A DNA stretch of 64,000 nucleotides from an uncultured delta proteobacterium (GTDB lineage Bacteria > Desulfobacterota > Desulfobacteria > Desulfobacterales > SpSt-501). Below the pieces are notes generated by a model that saw only the letters and a program-made list of their open reading frames with translations, ran no database searches and was not told the DNA's origin. Shown piece after piece: positions 28,701 to 37,941 of the stretch. Location: assembly GCA_963785045.1 (NCBI GenBank), contig CAWAUC010000020.1, forward strand, positions 277,661 to 341,660. Direction: 5' to 3'. The position numbers were made by a program, and so were the translations under genes. Each line of letters begins with the position of its first letter. The first letter of the stretch is position 1.

Positions 28701-28911
28701 ACTCCCGCTCCAGGGGGGTGGCAACGGCCGAGGCCATCGTGTTGGAGTTGGCCCCCGGCAGCGAGGCCGTAACCAGGATCGTCGGGAAATCCACGTTGGG
28801 CAGGTCGCTCACGGGAAGCTTGGTATAGGCGAGGATGCCGAAGATGAGGATGGACAGCATCACCAGGGTCGTCATGACCGGCCGGCGAATGAAGAGTTCG
28901 GAGATGTTCAT
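25786..28911 (-). CDS. RND efflux transporter permease (AcrB/MdtB/MdtC family)
   Basis: 1041 aa starting from MNISELFIRRPVMTTLVML, with a 12-TM RND architecture. The ORF track extends a spurious N-terminus to 29181. An ATGA overlap joins it to the adaptor gene. Confidence 0.9.
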   Translation of the reverse strand: MNISELFIRRPVMTTLVMLSILIFGILAYTKLPVSDLPNVDFPTILVTASLPGANSNTMASAVATPLEREFSAIAGLDSMTSTSSLGSTQVTLQFALHRDIDAAAQDVQVAIARAARNLPKDMPVPPYFRKVNPAEQSILRIALTSPTLPLYTLDEYGETLMAQRISMVSGVAQVQVYGAQKFAVRIQLDPKEMAARGIGIDQVADAVSQANVNLPTGTLYGPQQAFTVQASGQLLEAQPYRSIIVTYRDGRPVRLGDLGVVFDSVENDKTAAWSGDQRAIILAVQRQPGTNTVEVASAIKKLLPVFQAQLPASVSLNILYDSSTSIRESVHDVQFTLLFTLALVVLVIFLFLRRLSYTLIPSLAMPMSVVGAFMVMYLLGFNIDNLSLMALILAVGFVVDDAIVMLENIVRHIEMGEGPVKAALNGSREIGFTIVSMTLSLVAVFIPILFMGGILGRLFSEFAVTIGVAILISGIISLTLTPMLCSRFLRPHAEKPPGRLYEASEKIYDGMLGLYKHSLRWFLEHRRLTMVFLVLVLAATVWLFRVVPKGFIPNEDRSLIYGLTEAAEGISWDAMKRQQQELGAITQQEPNVAAFMSSAGARAGSITGSNSGVLVIRLKPRAERKLSADEIVQRLRQKMSQVPGIRAFLQNPPAISLGGRLSKSQYQYTLQGPDVGELYRVAPQLAAGIQALPGFQDVTTDLQIKNPQINIDIDRDKAASLGISATQIEDALYSAYGTRQISTIFADTNQFQVILELKPEYQLDASVLSLLYVRSSNGALVPLDAVVKITRGFGPLTVNHSGQLPSVTVSFNLGPGFALGDAVSSLNALARKLLPATITANFQGTAQVFESSIRNLGLLLVVAILVIYIVLGILYESFIHPLTILSALPLAGVGALVTLLIFKAQLDIYSFVGLILLVGLVKKNGIIMIDFALEAQRVERKQPMEAIFEACVVRFRPIMMTTCAALVGTLPIAIGWGAGGESRQPLGLAVVGGLLFSQMLTLFVTPVFYLYMDSFQKKFRSKPIAAKVEPAGQAPNPDIS

Positions 28912-30056
28912 GAGTTGGCGACCTGGACCTTGGCGCCGGGTACGAGCCGCAGCTGCCCCTCGGTGACCACCTGCTCGCCGGCGGCAAGCCCCTTGTCGAT
29001 CACGACACCGTCCCCGATGTTCATCCCGGTCACCACGGGCCGGGACTCCACGGTCATATCCGGTTTCACGACAAAGACGAACTGGCCCTCCTGGCCCACC
29101 TGAATGGCTACGGCCGGAATGACGATGGCGTTGGGCTGCGTGGTCAGCGTCAAAACCACCGTCGCGAACTGGCCGGGCCACAGGCGCCGCTCGGTGTTGG
29201 CAAAACTGCCCTTGAGCATGACCGTGCCCGTCTGGCTGTTCACCTTGTTGTCCAAAAAGCTGAGCGTTCCCGTCTCGGGCCTATCGCGGCTATCCGGAAT
29301 GATCGCCTCCACTTTCAACTGCCCCCCGGCCATGTGGGTCTTGATCTGCGGGAGATACTGCTGGGGCACCGCAAAGGCCACATAAATCGGCATGATCTGG
29401 GCAATGTCCACCATGTCGACCTTGTCGTCGTTGGCCTTGATCTGGGTGCCCTCGTCCACCAGGAGCCGGCCGGTCCGGCCGGTCATCGGGGACTTGATAA
29501 AGCAGTATTCCAGCTGCAGCTTGGCGCGGTCGACGACAGCCCGGTCGGCGTCGACCGAGGCCCGCAGCGCCTCGGAGTTGGCGCGGAACTGTTCGTACTT
29601 GTCGCTGCTGACGAAATTCTTGGCGACCAGCTCGGCATAGCGCCGGGCATCCATGTCCGCCTTGCCGGCGAGTGCGATGTCGCGCTCGAGTCGGGCCTGG
29701 GCCTCCTTGAGGGCCACCTCGAACGGCCGCGGGTCGATCGTAAAGAGCATCTCCCCCTTCTTGACATCCTGGCCCTCGCGGAAATGGATGCCCATCAACT
29801 GGCCGTCGACCCGCGACTTGATCGAGACCGTCGCATAGGCTTCGACCGTTCCGACCGCCTGAAGCTGCACGGGGACCGCCTTCTCGATCGCGGCGGCCAC
29901 CTTCACCGGCACGAGGGGTTCGCGCTTCTCGCGCTGGGGCCGGCCGTCGGTGCGGGTCATCAGGATGATGACCAAGGCACCCGCCACCAGGGTCAGGGCG
30001 ATCGCAAGCGCCTTCAGGGGGTTGCGCCTGGGGGGATTGGGATGATCGTTTGCCAT
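28908..30056 (-). CDS. RND efflux periplasmic adaptor (MFP, AcrA/MdtA-like)
   Basis: One TM or signal anchor, then AYATVSIKSRVDGQL, a coiled-coil hairpin, LEYCFIKSPMTGRTG and a beta-barrel tail. Confidence 0.85.
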   Translation of the reverse strand: MANDHPNPPRRNPLKALAIALTLVAGALVIILMTRTDGRPQREKREPLVPVKVAAAIEKAVPVQLQAVGTVEAYATVSIKSRVDGQLMGIHFREGQDVKKGEMLFTIDPRPFEVALKEAQARLERDIALAGKADMDARRYAELVAKNFVSSDKYEQFRANSEALRASVDADRAVVDRAKLQLEYCFIKSPMTGRTGRLLVDEGTQIKANDDKVDMVDIAQIMPIYVAFAVPQQYLPQIKTHMAGGQLKVEAIIPDSRDRPETGTLSFLDNKVNSQTGTVMLKGSFANTERRLWPGQFATVVLTLTTQPNAIVIPAVAIQVGQEGQFVFVVKPDMTVESRPVVTGMNIGDGVVIDKGLAAGEQVVTEGQLRLVPGAKVQVANS

Positions 30057-30121
30057 GGGGACTTCTTTCAGGGCGTTTTTCGCGCCGTAGGGGCCCGCCC
30101 TGCGGTGGTTGTCGCACTACA

Positions 30122-30133
30122 ATACTATAGTAT
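30122..30133. promoter_or_regulatory. perfect 12-bp palindrome (candidate operator) in the RND operon promoter region
   Basis: ATACTATAGTAT lies about 65 nt upstream of the adaptor start. It overlaps a minus-strand TTGAAA-N16-TATTGT promoter-like pair. Confidence 0.35.
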
Positions 30134-30301
30134 CGAGCTTTTTCAACCGAAATTCAATAATATTCCTTCCCGTTGCGTCGGCTCCGGAAGGTGCGGGAAG
30201 ACCGTTGGCCGTCGTGTGCTCCACGACCGGAACGCCTGGCAGGCAGCGCCGTTGGCCATGGCGGCCGCCGCACCCGGGGGATCGGCGGCCGGCGTTCGGC
30301 G

Positions 30302-30973
30302 TCAACGTTGAACGCACTCAAAGCCGGGGATGCTGGCGTAGCGCTCCAGGCGGTTTAGCCCCCATGAGGCCAGCGACACCAGCGCCAGGTAGATTACTCC
30401 GACGACGAAGAAAACCTGCAGGTATTTGAAATACATCGACGCCAGGATCTTGGCTTCGCCCGTCAGTTCGATGCACGTCACCATGTAGGCCAGGGAGGAG
30501 TACTTGATCAGGTAGATGAGCTCGTTGCCGCAGCCCGGCAATGCCCGGCGGATGGCTTGGGGCAGCAGGATGAAAAAGACGGCCCGCGCCCGGCTGAAAC
30601 CCAGCGATCGGGCGGCCTGCAACTGGCCCTGCTTAATCGAGCGCAGCGCCCCGCGCACGTACTCGGCATGATAGGCGCCGCTGCAAAGGGAAAAGCCCAG
30701 GACCGCCGCCGCGAAGGGGCTCAGGTAAATACCCAGCTGGGGAAGACCGAAATACCAGAGGTAGAGCTGGACCAGCAGTGGAAAGCCGCGGAACAGCAGA
30801 CCGTAAATCTCGGACAGTCGTTTCCAGAAAGGACGCCCGTAGACACGCAGGGTGCCGGCCAGGATCCCGAGGGCCAGGCCGAACACCGCCGAGGGCAGGA
30901 TCAGACTGATGCTGACCCCCAGACCCCGCAACATGGCGGGTGCAACCTCCTGAGTGTAAAACGACAGGTCCAT
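30302..30973 (-). CDS. polar amino-acid ABC transporter permease (HisM/GlnP-like)
   Basis: 223 aa with 5 TM segments and the EAA-type loop SIKQGQLQAARSLGFSRARAVFFILLPQAIRRALP. Confidence 0.85.
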   Translation of the reverse strand: MDLSFYTQEVAPAMLRGLGVSISLILPSAVFGLALGILAGTLRVYGRPFWKRLSEIYGLLFRGFPLLVQLYLWYFGLPQLGIYLSPFAAAVLGFSLCSGAYHAEYVRGALRSIKQGQLQAARSLGFSRARAVFFILLPQAIRRALPGCGNELIYLIKYSSLAYMVTCIELTGEAKILASMYFKYLQVFFVVGVIYLALVSLASWGLNRLERYASIPGFECVQR

Positions 30974-30978
30974 GCCGA

Positions 30979-31752
30979 TTACGCCGTCTCCGAGGGCCTG
31001 TGGTGCAGGCGCGCGATCTTGGAGCAGAACTCCCGGGTGCGCTCCTGCTGAGCGTGGTTGAGGACCCGATCCGGCGGGCCCTGCTCGAGGATAACCCCGT
31101 TTTCCATGAAAAGAATCTCGTTGGCCAGGGTCGCGGCAAAGCCGATCTCGTGGGTCACGAGCGCCATGGTCATCCCGCCGGCGGCCAAGTCGCGGATCAC
31201 CGCGAGCACCTCGCCGATCAGCTCCGGGTCCAGAGCCGAGGTCGGCTCGTCGAGCAGCATCACCTCCGGGTCCATGGCCAGAGCGCGGGCGATGGACACG
31301 CGCTGCTTCTGTCCGCCGGAAAGCTCAGCCGGGTACTTGGACACATGCTCCGCCAACCCCACGCGGGCAAGCTCCGCCAGGGCCCGTTCGCGGGCCTTGG
31401 GCTTGGGGATTTTCTTGACCTGCACCAGGCCGATCTGCACGTTTTCCAGTGCCGTGAGGTGGTCAAAGAGGTTGAAGTCCTGGAAGATCATGCCGATTTT
31501 CTGCCGGTAGGCGTAAAGCTCAGGTTTGTCTGCAGGGTTGATCGCCTGCTCCCGGAGCAAGACGCGGCCCTGCTCGAAGCTCACCAGAAAATTGATGCAG
31601 TGCAACAGCGTGCTCTTGCCGCTGCCCGACGGCCCGAGGATGACCTTGATGTCCCCCTTGAACAGCTCGAGCGACACCCCCTTGAGCACCTCGGCATCCC
31701 CATAGCGCTTGTGGATATTTTCCAGTCGGAGAATCGGTTGTGTGTGGGTCAT
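30979..31752 (-). CDS. polar amino-acid ABC transporter ATP-binding protein (GlnQ/HisP-like)
   Basis: Walker A is GPSGSGKST, the signature is LSGGQKQRVSIARAL, and Walker B is MLLDEPTSALD. Confidence 0.9.
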   Translation of the reverse strand: MTHTQPILRLENIHKRYGDAEVLKGVSLELFKGDIKVILGPSGSGKSTLLHCINFLVSFEQGRVLLREQAINPADKPELYAYRQKIGMIFQDFNLFDHLTALENVQIGLVQVKKIPKPKARERALAELARVGLAEHVSKYPAELSGGQKQRVSIARALAMDPEVMLLDEPTSALDPELIGEVLAVIRDLAAGGMTMALVTHEIGFAATLANEILFMENGVILEQGPPDRVLNHAQQERTREFCSKIARLHHRPSETA

Positions 31753-31765
31753 GGCGGTGCGCCCC

Positions 31766-32440
31766 TCACCGGATATAGCCGGGCATCGCGACTCTGTCTT
31801 CCAGAACGCGCAAGGCCTTGGTTCCCAGGTAGGTCAGCAGCAGGTAGATGAACCCCACCATGATGTATAGCCATAAGTGCTGGTAGGTGCGGGAGGCCAC
31901 GTGGTTGGCCCGAGCCATAAGCTCCGCCACCCCCAGGGCGTAGGTCACGGCCGAGTCCTTCATGATAACCGTGTACTCGTTGGACCAGCCCGGGATGGCC
32001 AGGCGCAGGGCCTGGGGAAGGATGATGAAAGTAATCGCCCGGGCGTCGCTCATGCCGATGGCCCGGGCGGCCTTCATCTGCCCGGACGGCACGGCGAGGA
32101 TGGCCCCGCGCAGGATCTGGGACTGGTAGGCTGAACTGATCAGGCCTAATACGACGATGGCGATGGTGAACGGGGATAGCTCGATTTGGAGGGCGGCCAG
32201 GATGCCGAAGTAAAAAAGGAAGAGCAGCACCAGCAACGGAATGCCCCGAAAAAACCACACGTAAATACCCGTCAGCCGGCGCAGCCAGCGGGGACCGTAG
32301 ACCTGGGCCAGGGCCAGCTGAAGGCCCAGTGCCAGCCCCATGGCCAGGGCGCCGCCCACCACCGCGAGGGTGACGCCGACGCCCCCCAGCACGTAAGGCA
32401 GGCCTTCAACGACCGCAGTCATCCCGGCTTGAATGCCCAT
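31766..32440 (-). CDS. polar amino-acid ABC transporter permease (HisQ/GlnP-like)
   Basis: The EAA loop is AVPSGQMKAARAIGMSDARAITFIILPQALRLAIP. The preferred start is MGIQAG at 32440; the ORF track begins at 32548. Confidence 0.8.
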   Translation of the reverse strand: MGIQAGMTAVVEGLPYVLGGVGVTLAVVGGALAMGLALGLQLALAQVYGPRWLRRLTGIYVWFFRGIPLLVLLFLFYFGILAALQIELSPFTIAIVVLGLISSAYQSQILRGAILAVPSGQMKAARAIGMSDARAITFIILPQALRLAIPGWSNEYTVIMKDSAVTYALGVAELMARANHVASRTYQHLWLYIMVGFIYLLLTYLGTKALRVLEDRVAMPGYIR

Positions 32441-32655
32441 CTCCGGTGCGCCTTGAAAAAGCAATGGAAGGCTGAAGCGGCCGCTCCAGCCTTCCAACCT
32501 AATATTGGCGGTTAGGCTGAAGGGCAATAATGACCTTCCATGACGCAATCACTTGCCAACACATCGAAACGATTTTGGCGTTATGTGATCGCGCGTGTCT
32601 TTTCCTTCAGCCTATCTACCTTCAATGAAGGGTACCGTGTCTCACCCGCACCCGT

Positions 32656-33417
32656 TCATTTCAATTGCCACTTCTTCACGAGTTCTTGAAACTTGGGTGA
32701 GGCCTTGAGCTTCTTCCAGCCCTCGTTCAGCGTTTTCAGGAACGCGGTCTCATCCTTGCGCACGGCATACCCGTAGTTGGTGTCAGGCTGGCCGTAGTTG
32801 CCGATAGCCTTGACTTTCAGTCCCTTGTCCTGGGCATCTTTCAGTGCCGTGTTCGATACGGCGGCGCAGTCCGCCCGGCCGTTGAAAACGTCCTCGATGG
32901 CGAGCGGGGTCGTGTCGTAAGCTTTCAACTCGAAACTGTAACCCTTCTTCAGAAGGTTTTCGGTCATCCACTTGGACTCGGCGCTGCCCCGCAGCAGGGC
33001 GATTTTGCGGCCGGATTCCAGGCACTGCTTGGCCGTGAGCTTGGAATCGCTTTTCACCACCAGCAGCTGCTTGACCGTCCAGTAAGGCTCGGTGAAATTG
33101 ACCGCCGCCTGGCGTTCCGGGGTGATGCTCATGCCGGAGGCAATGACGTCGATCTTCTTGGCCTGCAGGCTCGGCACGATGGCCGCCCAGTCGGTGGGCT
33201 GATGCTTGACCTTGAATTTCATCTCCTTGGCGATCCAATTCAACGCATCGATGTCGAAGCCTGTCGGCTTTCCGTCCTTGTCGATAAACGTAAACGGCGG
33301 GTAGTCGGCGTCGAAGCCGTTGATGTAAACCTTATCCTGGGCCAAACCCGCGACCGCCCCCAGTCCTATCATGACCGCCACAGCCAACAGACACAGAACA
33401 CCAGACTTTTTCAACAT
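32656..33417 (-). CDS. polar amino-acid ABC transporter substrate-binding protein
   Basis: The signal peptide is MLKKSGVLCLLAVAVMIGLGAVAG. Family-3 SBP blocks are present: GFDIDALNWIAKEM and DVIASGMSITPER. Confidence 0.85.
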   Translation of the reverse strand: MLKKSGVLCLLAVAVMIGLGAVAGLAQDKVYINGFDADYPPFTFIDKDGKPTGFDIDALNWIAKEMKFKVKHQPTDWAAIVPSLQAKKIDVIASGMSITPERQAAVNFTEPYWTVKQLLVVKSDSKLTAKQCLESGRKIALLRGSAESKWMTENLLKKGYSFELKAYDTTPLAIEDVFNGRADCAAVSNTALKDAQDKGLKVKAIGNYGQPDTNYGYAVRKDETAFLKTLNEGWKKLKASPKFQELVKKWQLK

Positions 33418-33628
33418 ACCCCCCTCTCCTTTCGTTTTGAATGAGGCCTCACCTTTCACGCGGTGGTCCGTCGGCGCCAAGCGACCATTGTCGGCTGCAG
33501 CCACCTCGCCTCGTTGGATGTCCGGGTTAGGCAGCGGCCGAACCGGCGGGTCGCGGAAGAGCCACGACCTGTATCTATAATCTAATCCAAAACCCTTTAC
33601 AAGCGCTATCGCCGCCCGCGGCCGGCCC

Positions 33629-34948
33629 TCACGCGTCCACGGGCGGCGGGGTCTCGATGGCCTTGATCAGGACCTTGTCCACGCGGTGACCGTCCATGTC
33701 CACCACTTCGAACCGGAAACCGCCCCAGTCAAAATGTTCGCCGGCGGTGGGAATCCGGCCCATGCAGGCCATCACCAGGCCGCCCAACGTCTGGTAGACC
33801 CGCTCCTCTTCAAAAGGCAGCACATTTACATCCAGCAAGTCCTTCAGGTCGTCCGAGAGCACCTTGCCGGCCACCAGCCAGGAGCCGTCCTCGCGCCGGA
33901 CGATATCGGCCTCCGGGGGATCCCCCGGCATCGGCATGTCGCCGACGATGGCCTCGAGGATATCGCTGGTGGTGACCAGCCCCTGGAAGCCGCCGTACTC
34001 GTCGATGACGATGGCAACATGTGAGCGTTTCACCTTGAGACGCTCAAGTGCGTCCAACGCCGACATGCTCTCCGGCACGAACATGGCCGGCCGGAGCACG
34101 GCCCGCAGATCGATCGGACCACAGGTTAAGTTCTGGGACAGCAGGTCTTTCACGTTCACCAGGCCGATGATCTTGTCGATCTGCCCCTCGGCGACGGGAT
34201 AATGGGAGTGGCTGGTGGCCGTGATTTCGCGCTGAAGCTCCTCGGCGGAGTCATCCGGATCCAGCCAGATCACAACCGGCCGTGGGGTCATGAGAGCACT
34301 CACGGACAGGTCGCCCAGGCGGAATACCCGCTCAACCATCTCCTGCTCGGTGGGTTCGAACAGCCCCACCCGGGTCCCCTGTTCGATCATCAGCCTGATC
34401 TCCTCCTCGGTGACCGGGGTCGTGGAAGCAAGGTTGATCCCGAAGCGCCGCAGGACCAGATCGGTGGAACGGCTGAGCAGGTAAACGACCGGAGACATCA
34501 CCCGGGACAGGATACGCATGGCGGGAGCGAGGGCTGCGGAGATGCGCTCCGCATGGTACAGGGCGATCCGCTTGGGGACCAGCTCGCCGACGACGAGCGA
34601 CAGGTAGGTGATGCCCAGCACGACCAGGCCGACGCTCACGATCCCGGCGTGGGGTGCCAGCCAGGTAACGAGGCGCAGCTTCGCGGCAAGCCTTTCGGCG
34701 ATGGTCGCTCCGCCGAAGGCGCCGGCCAGGACACCGACCAACGTGATACCGATCTGAATCGTGGAGAGAAACCGGTTGGGGGAATTCGCCAGGTCGAGGG
34801 CGATTTGCGCCCCCGCGTGGCCTGCTTCCGCCTTTTGCTGGAGCCGCGCCCGCCGGGATGCGACCAGGGCGATCTCCGACATGGCGAGCACGCCGTTGAC
34901 GATGATCAGGGCCAGGATGATGACGATCTCAATTGCTAGTGAATTCAT
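33629..34948 (-). CDS. hemolysin-family / CNNM protein (DUF21-CBS pair-CorC_HlyC)
   Basis: The N-terminal DUF21 TM region (NGVLAMSEIALVSSRR-like: IVNGVLAMSEIALVASRRARL) is followed by two CBS repeats and the C-terminal CorC/HlyC block FEVVDMDGHRVDKVLI. Confidence 0.85.
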   Translation of the reverse strand: MNSLAIEIVIILALIIVNGVLAMSEIALVASRRARLQQKAEAGHAGAQIALDLANSPNRFLSTIQIGITLVGVLAGAFGGATIAERLAAKLRLVTWLAPHAGIVSVGLVVLGITYLSLVVGELVPKRIALYHAERISAALAPAMRILSRVMSPVVYLLSRSTDLVLRRFGINLASTTPVTEEEIRLMIEQGTRVGLFEPTEQEMVERVFRLGDLSVSALMTPRPVVIWLDPDDSAEELQREITATSHSHYPVAEGQIDKIIGLVNVKDLLSQNLTCGPIDLRAVLRPAMFVPESMSALDALERLKVKRSHVAIVIDEYGGFQGLVTTSDILEAIVGDMPMPGDPPEADIVRREDGSWLVAGKVLSDDLKDLLDVNVLPFEEERVYQTLGGLVMACMGRIPTAGEHFDWGGFRFEVVDMDGHRVDKVLIKAIETPPPVDA

Positions 34949-34952
34949 GCTG

Positions 34953-35774
34953 TTAGAACATCTTCCAGAGCATCCGCGTGGCGATAACGATGATGAAAGC
35001 GGCAAACACCCGTTTGAGGGTCAGGACCGGCAGGTTGTGGGCAAGCCTTGCGCCCAGGGGCGCCATGAGCATACTGAACACGGCAATTCCAGCCAGTGCC
35101 GGCAGATCCAGAAACCCGAGGCTCATGGCCGGAAGGCCGGCAACTCCCAGACCGTTGACGAGGTAGCCCAGTGTTCCGGCGACCGCGATCGGGAAGCCGA
35201 TGGCGGCCGAGGTGCCGATCGCATGGTGCACGGGCACGTTGCACCAGGACATGAAAGGCACTGAAAGCGAGCCGCCCCCGATGCCCACCAGGCTCGAAAC
35301 CCCACCGATCACCCCGCCGACACCGGACATACCGACCGGTCCCGGCAGTTGGCGGGTCGGTTTGGGTTTGAAGTTGAGCAGCATCTGCAAGCCGACGTAA
35401 TAAAGAAAGCAGACAAAGAAGCCCTTGAGAAAAGTGGTGGAGAGCCTCGCGGCCACCCAGGAGCCGGCGAAGGTGCCGATGAGGATCCCCGGCGTGATGC
35501 TCTTGACGATGTCCCAGTGCACCGCCCCGCGTTTGTGGTGCGCCCGGAAGCTGGACACGGAGGTGAACATGATGCTGCCGAGGGATGTCCCAAGGGCCAG
35601 CTGCATGATGTGCTCCGGCGGGAACCCCTGCGCCGTAAAAAGAAACACCAGCATCGGCACGATGACGACCCCCCCGCCGACGCCGAGCAGCCCGGCGATG
35701 AGACCGGCAATCGATCCGAATACGGGGTAAAGAATCCACAGAACCATACTTGATTTCTCCTCAATCCATGTCAA
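34953..35774 (-). CDS. TauE/SafE family sulfite/anion exporter
   Basis: An 8-TM protein with the duplicated GxGGG motifs (LGVGGGVV, VGIGGGSL). An alternative start lies at 35747. Confidence 0.8.
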   Translation of the reverse strand: MTWIEEKSSMVLWILYPVFGSIAGLIAGLLGVGGGVVIVPMLVFLFTAQGFPPEHIMQLALGTSLGSIMFTSVSSFRAHHKRGAVHWDIVKSITPGILIGTFAGSWVAARLSTTFLKGFFVCFLYYVGLQMLLNFKPKPTRQLPGPVGMSGVGGVIGGVSSLVGIGGGSLSVPFMSWCNVPVHHAIGTSAAIGFPIAVAGTLGYLVNGLGVAGLPAMSLGFLDLPALAGIAVFSMLMAPLGARLAHNLPVLTLKRVFAAFIIVIATRMLWKMF

Positions 35775-35902
35775 AATTGAAAACCTAAAGCGCCAAAACG
35801 GAGTTGATTATAACCGCGTTCGTCAGATATGAAAAGGCCAAGGACAATATTCCGGGATTTCAGCGGCGCCGACCTTGCACCCTGCATGCAAAGGAGCACG
35901 CC

Positions 35903-36490
35903 ATGCCGCAGACTGCCAAAGCATATAGCCCGAAACTCTACGATGCCATCGAACTGGCCGCCAAAGCCCATCATCGCCAGGTGCGCAAGGGCACCGAGAT
36001 CCCCTACCTCGTGCACCCCCTGGCGGTGGCCGGCCTCCTGATCCATGCCAACTGTGCAGAACATCTGGTCATCGCCGGCATCCTGCACGACACGCTCGAA
36101 GATACACCGCTAACGTTGGACGAAATCCGGTCGCAATTCGGCCGGGAGGTGGCCGAGCTGGTCCTCACCCTGTCGGAACCCGACAAGAAGGCTCCCTGGG
36201 AGAAGCGCAAGGCGCACACCATCGATCACCTGGAGCAGGTGGCAACGCCGGAGGCGCTCGTGGTGGCTGTGGCCGACAAGTTGGACAACGTGCGCGCCAT
36301 CCGCGAGGGGCTCGCAAGCGATGGCGAGGCGTTTTGGCAACGTTTCAACCGGCCGCGCGAAAACCAGAAGTGGTACTATCAGCGCCTGGCCGGCGTGTTC
36401 GAACGCCGCATCTCGGCGGGTGCGGGCGTTGCACTGGCTCACGCCTTTAAGCTCGAAGTCGTGAAGGTCTTTGGGGCGAGCCCTGCCTGA
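35903..36490 (+). CDS. HD-domain protein, RelA/SpoT-type (p)ppGpp hydrolase-like (small alarmone hydrolase candidate)
   Basis: AAKAHHRQVRKGTEIPYLVHPLAVAGLL...AGILHDTLEDTPLTLDEIRSQFGREVAELV matches the Rel/SpoT HD hydrolase block. There is no synthetase domain. Confidence 0.7.
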   Translation: MPQTAKAYSPKLYDAIELAAKAHHRQVRKGTEIPYLVHPLAVAGLLIHANCAEHLVIAGILHDTLEDTPLTLDEIRSQFGREVAELVLTLSEPDKKAPWEKRKAHTIDHLEQVATPEALVVAVADKLDNVRAIREGLASDGEAFWQRFNRPRENQKWYYQRLAGVFERRISAGAGVALAHAFKLEVVKVFGASPA

Positions 36491-36789
36491 GCGGTCCTGC
36501 ATCCCCAAAACATGCCCAAGCTGCGCGATGGGTCGGCATTTTCTTTCGAACATATTGACACCCTGTTGAGGTTTGCACAGTCGTATCCACACGGACGCCC
36601 CCTCGCACAAAACCTATCGGGGTTATTGGATATTGACATTTCTGAGCATATTCACTACAGACAAAGTTCACGTTACCATGAAGTGGCATCTATCCCGGGA
36701 GCCGTTCCATCACTCCGGGCCGGCATCGCGCAGACGATCAATCGCCAACATAACGTGTTTCAACCCTTACCCGACAAGGAGGCGTAATC

Positions 36790-37800
36790 ATGAAAACCTC
36801 AAAATGGCTGGTGTTGCCCCTCGTTCTTCTGGCCGCTGTTTTTTTGACATCCCATGTTGCTCACGCAAAGACCATTCTGAAAGTCTCGACCTCCACCCAG
36901 CCCTCGCATATTTACAACCTGGGCGTTGAATACTTCAAAAAGATCGTAGAGGAGAAGACCAAGGGCGAGATCGAAGTCCAGCTCTTCCCTGCCGCGCAGC
37001 TTGGCTCCGAGCGGGATGCCGTGGAAGGCCTGCAATTGGGGACGCTCGAGATGACCCTCACCTCCACCGGACCGCTCGGCAACTTTGTGCCCCAGGTGAA
37101 GCTGTTCAACCTGCCTTTCCTCTTTAAGGATCGGCAGACCTGCTACAAGGTTCTGGACGGCAAAATCGGAACCGACATCGCCAACCTGTTTCCCAAAGTC
37201 GGCATCCGCTCCCTCGGTTGGTACGAAAACGGGTTCCGCAACATCACCAACTCCAAACGGCCCATCGAGAAGCCCGCGGATATGGACGGCCTGAAAATCC
37301 GGGTCATGGAGGACGACGTGTTCATCATGACCATGAAAGCGCTCGGCGCCAGCCCCCTGCCCATGGCGTTCGGCGAGCTGTACACCGCTTTGGAGCAAAA
37401 GACCGTGGACGCCCAGGAGAACCCCCTGGCCGTCATTTTTTCCTCGCGCTTCTTCGAAGTCCAGAAGTACCTGGCGATGACCGGCCATTTCTACTCACCG
37501 GCCGTGTTCCTGATCAGCGAACAGGTCTGGAAAAAATTCACCCCCGCGCAGCAGAAGATCATCCAGGACGCGGCCACCCAGGCCCGGGACTACGAACGCA
37601 AGATCTCCATGGAAGCCGACCAAAAGCTTGAGGCGGAGCTGGCCAAAGCCGGTATGCTGGTGTCCCATCCGGACAAGGCCCCCTTTATTAAAGCCGTGGC
37701 CGGAATCTACCAAGAACCCAAGATCGTCAAGGCCATCGGCGGCGGCAACGAAGCCGAGGGGAAAAAGTTGATTGAAGCCGTGCGCGCAGAGGCGAAATAG
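36790..37800 (+). CDS. dctP: TRAP transporter substrate-binding protein (DctP family)
   Basis: A signal peptide is followed by DctP-type blocks (FPAAQLGSERDAVEGLQLGTLEM, GLKIRVMEDDVF). It is followed by dctQ and dctM. Confidence 0.85.
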   Translation: MKTSKWLVLPLVLLAAVFLTSHVAHAKTILKVSTSTQPSHIYNLGVEYFKKIVEEKTKGEIEVQLFPAAQLGSERDAVEGLQLGTLEMTLTSTGPLGNFVPQVKLFNLPFLFKDRQTCYKVLDGKIGTDIANLFPKVGIRSLGWYENGFRNITNSKRPIEKPADMDGLKIRVMEDDVFIMTMKALGASPLPMAFGELYTALEQKTVDAQENPLAVIFSSRFFEVQKYLAMTGHFYSPAVFLISEQVWKKFTPAQQKIIQDAATQARDYERKISMEADQKLEAELAKAGMLVSHPDKAPFIKAVAGIYQEPKIVKAIGGGNEAEGKKLIEAVRAEAK

Positions 37801-37863
37801 CGTTCAATGGCGATCAACGATCCCGCCGCAAGCGGCGGGGAATAATACCCCCACGCAGTTCAA

Positions 37864-37902
37864 GGTCCGGCCGGGAGACGCTCCGGCCGGACCCTCGTTT
37901 TT
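37864..37902 (+). terminator. intra-operon stem-loop / partial terminator between dctP and dctQ
   Basis: GGTCCGGCCGG-AGACGCT-CCGGCCGGACC (11-bp stem) is followed by CTCGTTTTT. A second short hairpin, CCCGCCGCAAGCGGCGGG, lies at 37822-37839. Confidence 0.45.
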
Positions 37903-37941
37903 CAACACCCTTATACAGAGTATTCGGGAAAGGGTTCGGCG

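Noticed and set aside
36490-36790. A sigma-54 promoter (TGGCAT at ~36685) or strong sigma-70 promoters upstream of dctP.
   Set aside because: The -12 TGC element is missing at the right spacing. The TTGACA boxes lack acceptable -10 partners. I do not consider this supportable by eye.
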